Source of the DNA: an uncultured Candidatus Saccharibacteria bacterium
GTDB taxonomy: Bacteria > Patescibacteriota > Saccharimonadia > Saccharimonadales > 2-12-FULL-41-12
DNA length: 64,000 bases
NCBI GenBank assembly: GCA_964648105.1
Contig: CAZYMH010000001.1
Coordinates: 15,999 to 79,998 of the forward strand
Reading direction: 5' to 3'
Below are positions 55,384 through 64,000 of this stretch, piece by piece. The stretch's first letter is position 1; the number at the start of each line of letters is the position of its first letter. The position numbers and the translations under genes were made by a program. Below the pieces are notes generated by a model. The model had not been told where the DNA came from. It did no database searches and saw only the letters and a program-made list of their open reading frames with translations.

Positions 55384-56409
55384 ATGGAAAATAATAATCA
55401 ACCGAAACCAGACGAAAAACCTAACGACAGCTCACTCGCTGATCTTGAGTCAGAATCAACAATAGTTGCCGATGGCTCAGATAGTACATCGATCGACCCT
55501 AACTCATTGGCCAGTGGAACTGCTGATGATTCATCAGCAAAAAAACCCAAAAATAAAAAGGCATATACAGGTGTAAAAGGCTTGGCCGACAAGCTTAATA
55601 TCTATCTACTGCTGTTTATTTTAGTATTAATCATCGCAGGAGTTGTGGCATTTGTCAGCTTTCAAAAGAGTAAAGACGCCAGCAAAAAGCAAAGTCAGCC
55701 TGTCTCAACTACCCCACTTAGCGAGCAAGATCTCGAAAAATTACGCCAAACAGATGTAAAAGTTGGTGACCCAAAACAAATATTGAGCGTTGAGTCTAAC
55801 GCAATTTTTGCTGGCAAAGTACTGATTCGTGACAGCTTAGAAGTTGCTGGTGCTATAAAAGTCGGTGGACCATTAAATCTACCAGGAATTAGCGTATCAG
55901 GAGCTAGTATATTCGATCAAGTTCAGATTAATAACCTCAAGGTCAACTCGAGTGCCACTATTAATGGTCAACTAGGTATTCAGGGCAACACGGCAGTTAG
56001 CGGAAATTTAACTGTTGGAGGAACTATCTCTGCTGGCCGACTAAATATTGAGGTGATGCAGATAAATCAAGATTTACAGTTGTCTAAGCATATCGATGCA
56101 GGCGGTGGTACACCAACATCTAGTAGTGGTGGTGCTTTGGGCGGAGGCGGAACAGCTTCACTTAGCGGAACAGATACCGCTGGTACCATAAATATAAATA
56201 CCGGTGGTGGAACATCTGCAGGTTGTTTTATTAATGTTAATTTCTCTCAAAAATTTAGCTCACCTCACGTAGTTATAACCCCTGTCGGTGGGCCTGCTGG
56301 AGCATTGAATTATTATATCAATCGCTCGCCAACTGGATTTAGTGTTTGTACCAGCAATCCTGCCCCAGTTGGGCAGAATTTTGCCTTCGATTATATTGTA
56401 ATCGACTAG
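55384..56409 (+). CDS. membrane-anchored repetitive fibre-like protein with Gly-rich segment and lectin-like C-terminal domain
   Basis: 341 aa: an acidic N-terminus, a TM helix (LNIYLLLFILVLIIAGVVAFVSF), short beta-helix-like repeats (VAGAIKVGGPLNLPGISVSGASIF...INGQLGIQGNTAVSGNLTVGGTISAG) and a GGG-rich tract. The C-terminus INVNFSQKFSSPHVVITP...TGFSVCT...FAFDYIVID resembles H-type lectin / tail-fibre tip domains (from memory). Confidence 0.6.
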   Translation: MENNNQPKPDEKPNDSSLADLESESTIVADGSDSTSIDPNSLASGTADDSSAKKPKNKKAYTGVKGLADKLNIYLLLFILVLIIAGVVAFVSFQKSKDASKKQSQPVSTTPLSEQDLEKLRQTDVKVGDPKQILSVESNAIFAGKVLIRDSLEVAGAIKVGGPLNLPGISVSGASIFDQVQINNLKVNSSATINGQLGIQGNTAVSGNLTVGGTISAGRLNIEVMQINQDLQLSKHIDAGGGTPTSSSGGALGGGGTASLSGTDTAGTININTGGGTSAGCFINVNFSQKFSSPHVVITPVGGPAGALNYYINRSPTGFSVCTSNPAPVGQNFAFDYIVID

Positions 56410-56414
56410 TTTAC

Positions 56415-56798
56415 CTAAACATCCAAAAAGACAGTCACTCGATTTTTTCTAACATGCATAATACCGCGAGCAATCCGAACTTTCTTGTCACCCGTTTTTG
56501 ATGATCTAATCGTAATCTCGCTTGGTACTAACAGAGTAATAAAGTTGTGGTGCCGCGGCAAAATGTCGAATGGCCCAGTTAGATTTTCGGCCGATATACT
56601 TTCGGCGTCCTCATCATAATAATTTCGATACGGCGAATAAATTTTTACATGAACAGTTGTGGCCGCATTAAACTCATCTTCAGCGGCTTTATTTTTAGCC
56701 TTTTTTTCTTCTTTGGACATGTCTGATTTAGTACTAGCTTGAGCAACTTGCTCAGCTTGTGGTGCTGGAGTATTTTCTGCTTTTGTTTCGTCGCTCAT
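56415..56798 (-). CDS. atpC: F-type ATPase epsilon subunit (N-terminally extended)
   Basis: 127 aa. After a ~45-aa K/E/A-rich extension come VHVKIYSPYRNYYDEDAESISAENLTGPFDILPRHHNFITLL...GIMHVRKNRVTVFLD, which matches the epsilon beta-sandwich pattern (G.fGILp.H.p.it.L). Last gene of the atp run. Confidence 0.7.
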   Translation of the reverse strand: MSDETKAENTPAPQAEQVAQASTKSDMSKEEKKAKNKAAEDEFNAATTVHVKIYSPYRNYYDEDAESISAENLTGPFDILPRHHNFITLLVPSEITIRSSKTGDKKVRIARGIMHVRKNRVTVFLDV

Positions 56799-56801
56799 AG
56801 C

Positions 56802-58965
<2,164 letters not shown>

Positions 58966-58969
<4 letters not shown>

Positions 58970-60390
58970 TTTTTAAGCTCCACTTTCGATTTTTCTAGGA
59001 GTTGGTTGCGTATCGGCTCAAAATCTTCATCTTTTTGAATTTTGGCAGCGAACTCTCTGACATTTGCCTTCAGGGCATCGACATCAATTTTTACTTCTGG
59101 ATCAGTATTAAGCACAATATCCATCATCAGTTGCTGCTCGTTCAAAGAGAAAATCTCCGATGGGCCTTGGTTTAGAATCTTAAATATATTTTTGCCTCTT
59201 TCGAGAGCAATTTTCGACTCGAGGGCTAATTCGCTACCAAAGTGCGAGAATTCCTCAGCTTCTCGGTAGGCTGCCAGAGTTTTTAAGGTAGTCGCCGCTA
59301 AGCCTTTTTGGCGTTTGTTATGACCAACGCCACCAATACGGGTCACACTCAAACCAGTGTTCATCGCTGGTCTAATACCGCTCCTAAAGATATCCATATC
59401 CAAAATCCACTGTCCGTCGGTAATCGACATAATGTTGGTTGGCAAATAAGCAGTAATGTCGCCGTTAGCCGCATGAACCAACGGAATTGAAGTTAGACAT
59501 TTGCCGTTGCGTTCCAAACGTCCCGCTCGCTCCAATAAGCTCGAATGTGCATAAAACATGTCACCTGGGTAACTATCACGTCCTGGGCTAGTTCCCATCA
59601 AAAGGGCCATTTCCCTCAGGGCATGAGCGTGAGAAGTTAAATCATCATAAATAATTATTGTGTCCATATCTTTTTCTTGCCAAAAATACTCGGCCATGGC
59701 ACAGCCGACATACGGTGCAATGTAGCTCATCACCAATGATTCAAACATCGTCGAGACAATTACCACAGCTGTTTTTAAAGACTCAGTTTCTTGAAGTTTC
59801 GATAACAGATCATCAACATCACTTCGACGCTTAGCAATCAGTACGTAAACCACGATTTGATCAGTTGTTTTTTGATTGATGGTAAGCTGGGTGGCCATTG
59901 TACTTTTACCACTTTTACCATCACCCAAAATAGCAATACGCTGTCCTCTAACAACAGGGAAAATTCCATCGATAGCCGTAATACCACTTTCTAGTTGACG
60001 CTCAAGCAATTTACGTTCATACAGCGGCGGTGCAACACTAAATACCTTGCGAGTTGTATCTGGTGCAATCGAGCCTTTACCATCCAATGGTTCACCATTA
60101 ACGGTTATAACTCGTCCAATAAAATCTTTGCCCACTTTACATACTAATTCTTGATGCTGAACAACTGCCATCATACCAACTTTTAGGGTTTTTGCTCCTA
60201 GGTGCAGTACGACCACGGTTTCTTCGGTAACTTCCTGAACAAAGCCTTTACTGCCGTCTTCGAACATAACAAGGGCATGAACACTAATCGGCTGCAAACC
60301 GCGAATATTAATCAAGAATTTATCAACCGACACGATATCTCCGACAGGCTGACCGCTGGCTACCATTTTTTCAAAATGCTGTTGGCTCAC
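58966..60390 (-). CDS. atpA: F-type ATPase alpha subunit (short, divergent)
   Basis: 474 aa with Walker [52 protein letters not shown] and [17 protein letters not shown], all alpha-type motifs. Confidence 0.9.
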
Positions 60391-61031
60391 GAAGTTACTC
60401 CTGTTTGAGTAGGTTGAGCTTGGGTTGGTTGAGGTGGAGCAGGTTGAGGCGGAGTAGTTGCTGGAGTAGGCGTAGTTGAACTTACGACAGCATTTTCAGG
60501 TGTAGTAGGCTGTTTACTCTCTATAGCCTTAATACTTTCGACCAACTTCGGCCGACTATCAACAAAGCGATTCCGTAGACTCATATCAAACAGTCTATTC
60601 CTAGTTCTGACTGTACAGCCGGCGGCTAGATTAGGCTGCAACCCGACTTCAACCAATATTATCGGACTAATATTGGCTCTCAGCCACACAATCAATTCTT
60701 CCAAAAACTTCGGTGACGGCTCGGTCGCAAATGCCATATGGATTCTTGGAGCATGATCATTCAAGGCTGACAAAACATTAATTAGTTGCTCACGATGAGT
60801 TGCTTCAAGTAAAGATACCTTGTTGAGACTGGCGATTTCTTCTAAGCTTGCCGAAGTTTTAGGTGGTTTGACTGGTTGCCCTGGAGTTCGCAGTTCTGCC
60901 TGATGAAGCCAATCATCGAGTTTTTTTAGTTCACGCAATGTCCTAGCCATATCAACAGTAGTCACCAACCTTACAGGCATCTGCAAAGTGTTACTAGGAT
61001 TTTTGGTAGAGGGCTTTTTTTCGTCAGACAT
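60387..61031 (-). CDS. atpH: F-type ATPase delta (OSCP)-like subunit with Pro/Thr/Gln-rich C-terminal tail
   Basis: 214 aa in the delta position, overlapping atpA by 4 nt. [30 protein letters not shown] resembles the OSCP C-terminal motif (vdp.liGG..i..g....D.S). The tail reads [24 protein letters not shown]. Confidence 0.6.
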   Translation of the reverse strand: MSDEKKPSTKNPSNTLQMPVRLVTTVDMARTLRELKKLDDWLHQAELRTPGQPVKPPKTSASLEEIASLNKVSLLEATHREQLINVLSALNDHAPRIHMAFATEPSPKFLEELIVWLRANISPIILVEVGLQPNLAAGCTVRTRNRLFDMSLRNRFVDSRPKLVESIKAIESKQPTTPENAVVSSTTPTPATTPPQPAPPQPTQAQPTQTGVTS

Positions 61032-61052
61032 TTTAATTTTTCTTTTCTTCTC

Positions 61053-61676
61053 TCACGTTCCTTGGTTGATATCCTCTACAATTGCCAACTTATTTCGTTC
61101 CAGTTCGGCCATAATAAACTCTAGCTGATCATCTAAACTAATCTGATTACCAATCGCTGCTAAGACATAATGATTGACAATATCGGCCATATTATTACTA
61201 AATCTCTCAGTTAATCTAGCTCTTTCGGCCGTCAATTCCTTCTCGAGTTGTTGACCCATAATTTCTCGTTGTTTTTCGACAGTTTCTTGAGTTTTTTGAA
61301 TAGACTCGAGAGCCAGATTTTCGGCATCATTAATCGACTCTTGATACTTGGAAAACGCTTCTTTTAAGGTTTTTGTGATTTCTTGCTTCATGTAATCATT
61401 GACCTGCGAAGTAGTCAAACGCAAATCTTGTTGCAAAAACATAGCATTTTCACCAATTATCTTCTCAAAATGCAATCGACCGCGGTTTCGTAATTCTTCA
61501 CGAAATTCGTCGTTAAAGATATGCTCAACAGCTTGTTTAGTCGCCTCATTGAACATCTCACCATCTGATTGTATTGCACCTTTACCTCCGCCGTTTCGCA
61601 CCGCTAGCCAAATAAATGCCAATGTCGAGGCCAATAAACTGCCCACTACCAGTCCTGTTTGCAACCAAGAGTTCAT
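61053..61676 (-). CDS. atpF: F-type ATPase subunit b-like stator protein
   Basis: 207 aa with one N-terminal TM helix (LQTGLVVGSLLASTLAFIWLAV) followed by a long charged helical region. It occupies the atpF position directly upstream of the delta-like gene. Confidence 0.55.
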   Translation of the reverse strand: MNSWLQTGLVVGSLLASTLAFIWLAVRNGGGKGAIQSDGEMFNEATKQAVEHIFNDEFREELRNRGRLHFEKIIGENAMFLQQDLRLTTSQVNDYMKQEITKTLKEAFSKYQESINDAENLALESIQKTQETVEKQREIMGQQLEKELTAERARLTERFSNNMADIVNHYVLAAIGNQISLDDQLEFIMAELERNKLAIVEDINQGT

Positions 61677-61705
61677 TTTATTTTATGCCTACCCCCATTA
61701 AAATA

Positions 61706-62533
61706 CTAAAGCTTTAATACTAAATATACCCCAAAAATGCCCACAATGAAAATAATTAATCCCAAAACTATCACTTGCATCAAACCACGGTAGATAGTCT
61801 TTTTGGACAAAGGATTACGACCGATGGCAATTACACCACTGCGAATACCGCTAAACAAAACAACTGCCGAGATTGTGACTGTCGCCACAAACACCGTAAA
61901 ACCTAGGTATATTCTAGTTGCACTAAGCTGTTTATCAGCCACCGCCTCAGATATATTTTTCAAAAATCCAGGAACTTTATTGTTGGCTTTATCTTTAGCT
62001 CCAGGATTTTTACCAAATGCCACATCGACTTTTATCCGGCCAACTTTTACACTTTTACCGCTAGATGATTTGGCCGAACTAAGTGTGTCACCGCCACCAG
62101 TAAAATCACTAGCCGCAACGCCTACCACAAATTTACTTTCTTCGGTAGCCACTGCACCAATACCAGAGGCCGTTGAAATGCTAATAAAATTACCTTTTTT
62201 TATCGGCCCATTCTCGTCACTGACCAAAACTTCGTAAGGTCCACTGGTAGCCACAAATGTTTTCTGGCCTTCACCACTGATTGTGACAGGCGAATCATTC
62301 TTTTCAACTACTACACCCTTAAACTTATCAATTGTTTTGTCGGTAAGAGCGACAATTTTTTTATCATCACCTTCTTTGGTGGCTACCAGCATGCCGCGTT
62401 GTAGTTGCTCATCAGATGCATAACCTTGTAAGACAGTCTGTGCCGACGCGTATCCAGAGGCCAAAAATACTACTCCTATGCTAGCTACGACTAAAAATAT
62501 CAGATTTTTTTTGTATTTTTTTGTAAAAATCAT
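61706..62533 (-). CDS. exported protein with C-terminal ATP-synthase-c-like helical hairpin (GRNP loop, no carboxylate)
   Basis: 275 aa with signal peptide ...ASGYASA|Q and a ~190-aa soluble domain. Two C-terminal TM helices are joined by the loop AIGRNPLSKKTIYRG. It lies 29 nt upstream of atpF on the same strand. Confidence 0.6.
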   Translation of the reverse strand: MIFTKKYKKNLIFLVVASIGVVFLASGYASAQTVLQGYASDEQLQRGMLVATKEGDDKKIVALTDKTIDKFKGVVVEKNDSPVTISGEGQKTFVATSGPYEVLVSDENGPIKKGNFISISTASGIGAVATEESKFVVGVAASDFTGGGDTLSSAKSSSGKSVKVGRIKVDVAFGKNPGAKDKANNKVPGFLKNISEAVADKQLSATRIYLGFTVFVATVTISAVVLFSGIRSGVIAIGRNPLSKKTIYRGLMQVIVLGLIIFIVGIFGVYLVLKL

Positions 62534-62592
62534 TAGGTAAAAGTCCTTAATATTGACATTATACCGATAAACTTTAGCTTTTTCTATAGTTA

Positions 62593-63729
62593 TTATTCAA
62601 TTATTGCCGATAAAGTGTCAACCAATTTAACAATTGATTCTTTGGTAGTAAATTTACCCATACTAAATCTTAATGTTGAACGAGCTGTTTGTTCGTCTAA
62701 GCCGATTGCCTCTAGTACATGCGATGTTTTATCACTCGAAGCACTGCACGCCGAACCACTCGCCACCTGAAACTGGGCTTTATCGAGCAAAATTATTAAC
62801 CGCTCATTGTCTTGGCCTGCAAAACTTACGCTCAAATTGTTTGGCAAACGGTTTTTAGTAGGACCATTTAGCGTATACTCAGGAATTTTATTACTCAGTT
62901 GGCTCAAAAATTCTCTTTGTAAGATTATCGTCTGTTCATAAGCGATTTTTCTAGATTTTTCGGCGAGTTCCATGGCTTTAACTAACCCTGCGATGTTAGC
63001 TAAACTTTCAGTACCACTCCTCAGTCCCAATTCTTGGCCACCACCGTAAATTATTGGCTCCAAACTTACGCCACTCTTAACATACAACAAGCCAGTTTGC
63101 TTTGGTCCATAGATCTTTCCACCGTTAATACTCATCATATCGACTCCCAAGCGACTAACATGTAAATCAAGATAATTTGTAGCTTGAGCAGCATCGCTAT
63201 GCAGCAGTAGAGGTGTTTGGATTTTGCGTTTTAGACGCTCGGCTTTGATATTATCAAGCAGCTCACATATTCGCTTCAGTTGCTGAATTGTGCCTATCTC
63301 GTTATTAGCTAAAATAAGGCTGATTAACACTGTTTTATCATCAATTTTTCGTTCTAGATCTGCCATGTCGACACGGCCTTTATTATCGACTTTACAGATT
63401 CGATGTTGGTACTTTTGGGCGACTTTTAGCACAGAATCATGCTCAATTGCACTAATCACCAAGTTTTTGTTTAAATGATTGGTCATAACGCCCCGAATCG
63501 CCAAATTATTAGCTTCACTACCACCGCTGGTAAAGATTATTTCACTTGGTCTGGCCCCAATTATTTTAGCTGCTCGACCTCTCAAATCATCGAGTATTTT
63601 CTTGGCACTCCGCGACTGCGAATAAAGTGCCGATGGATTATAAAAATTTTCAATAAAATAAGGCTCCATAGCCTCTAAAACTTTACTATCTACAGGGGTA
63701 GACGCTGCATAATCAAAATAGCCATTCAT
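62593..63729 (-). CDS. cysteine desulfurase (class V aminotransferase, NifS/IscS-like)
   Basis: 378 aa with FTSGGSEANN, HSDAAQA, PLP-lysine region SINGGKIYGPKQTG and catalytic Cys loop SGSACSASS. Confidence 0.9.
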   Translation of the reverse strand: MNGYFDYAASTPVDSKVLEAMEPYFIENFYNPSALYSQSRSAKKILDDLRGRAAKIIGARPSEIIFTSGGSEANNLAIRGVMTNHLNKNLVISAIEHDSVLKVAQKYQHRICKVDNKGRVDMADLERKIDDKTVLISLILANNEIGTIQQLKRICELLDNIKAERLKRKIQTPLLLHSDAAQATNYLDLHVSRLGVDMMSINGGKIYGPKQTGLLYVKSGVSLEPIIYGGGQELGLRSGTESLANIAGLVKAMELAEKSRKIAYEQTIILQREFLSQLSNKIPEYTLNGPTKNRLPNNLSVSFAGQDNERLIILLDKAQFQVASGSACSASSDKTSHVLEAIGLDEQTARSTLRFSMGKFTTKESIVKLVDTLSAIIE

Positions 63730-64000
63730 TTTTGGCTATTTTTAATTACTGGCTCGTAAATTTCACTCTTTATTTTTTCTTGGTAAATTTTGGCAGCTTT
63801 GTAAAGTTTTTTGGCCTCTTCTGGAGTAACAAATTGATATCCCCTACCTTCTTGATGTTTGACTATGCCGTTTGGCCGTACTTCGTATTTAGTTGTTTGG
63901 ACAATATCACGACCCGTTTGATCTTTCCATTCCTCATGCCAAATCCAGGTATGCTCATCTAGGCAAAAAAATTCTCGACGGTGTCCTTTCGGTAATGGAC
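63726..64000 (-). CDS. hypothetical protein, C-terminal part (N-terminus beyond the window end)
   Basis: Manual minus-strand translation: ...PLPKGHRREFFCLDEHTWIWHEEWKDQTGRDIVQTTKYEVRPNGIVKHQEGRGYQFVTPEEAKKLYKAAKIYQEKIKSEIYEPVIKNSQK*. The TGA overlaps the desulfurase ATG (ATGA). The frame is open to the window edge. Confidence 0.5.
   Translation of the reverse strand, partial: PLPKGHRREFFCLDEHTWIWHEEWKDQTGRDIVQTTKYEVRPNGIVKHQEGRGYQFVTPEEAKKLYKAAKIYQEKIKSEIYEPVIKNSQK

Overview
AT-rich, gene-dense bacterial chromosome segment that reads cleanly in the standard code: TGA, TAA and TAG all end conserved genes at sensible lengths. I call about 55 protein genes, most on the minus strand in long co-directional runs with 1-4 nt start/stop overlaps. 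There are 8 tRNA genes: Ala-GGC, Leu-TAA, an atypical Cys-GCA, Gly-GCC, Phe-GAA, Val-TAC and Leu-GAG. I saw no rRNA, CRISPR array, transposase or integrase. Core genes: murF (partial), ligA, htpX, lemA, pheA, secG, an M24 aminopeptidase, uvrC, trhO, an ABC exporter pair, bL25, dedA, uvrA, sbcB, obg, a LysM-CHAP hydrolase, mltG, ruvX, ftsA, alaS, mnmA, ATP synthase genes atpF-H-A-G-D-C and a cysteine desulfurase. Several conserved proteins are shortened (AlaRS without C-Ala, LigA without its Cys4 zinc finger, MurF without its N-terminal domain). Together with the many anchored or secreted hypothetical proteins and a prepilin-like gene, this suggests, by inference only, a reduced monoderm genome of the Patescibacteria/Saccharibacteria type. 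The most interesting observations are listed below. (1) A ~9 kb cell-surface locus (47.3-56.4 kb) holds four paralogous secreted beta-rich proteins, a CscA/DUF916-like anchored protein, a PKD/Ig protein and a membrane-anchored fibre with a lectin-like tail. Two of the paralogs share an 840-bp 100%-identical 3' block next to clearly diverged 5' halves. (2) The ATP synthase operon has no subunit a or canonical subunit c. The atpE slot holds a 275-aa exported protein ending in a c-subunit-like hairpin (GRNP loop) that lacks the ion-binding carboxylate. (3) Two convergent, mutually truncated C5 DNA methyltransferase genes abut next to tRNA-Gly. (4) tRNA-Phe is surrounded by scrambled partial copies of itself, beside pheA. 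Function calls come from motif recognition by eye. No database search was run.
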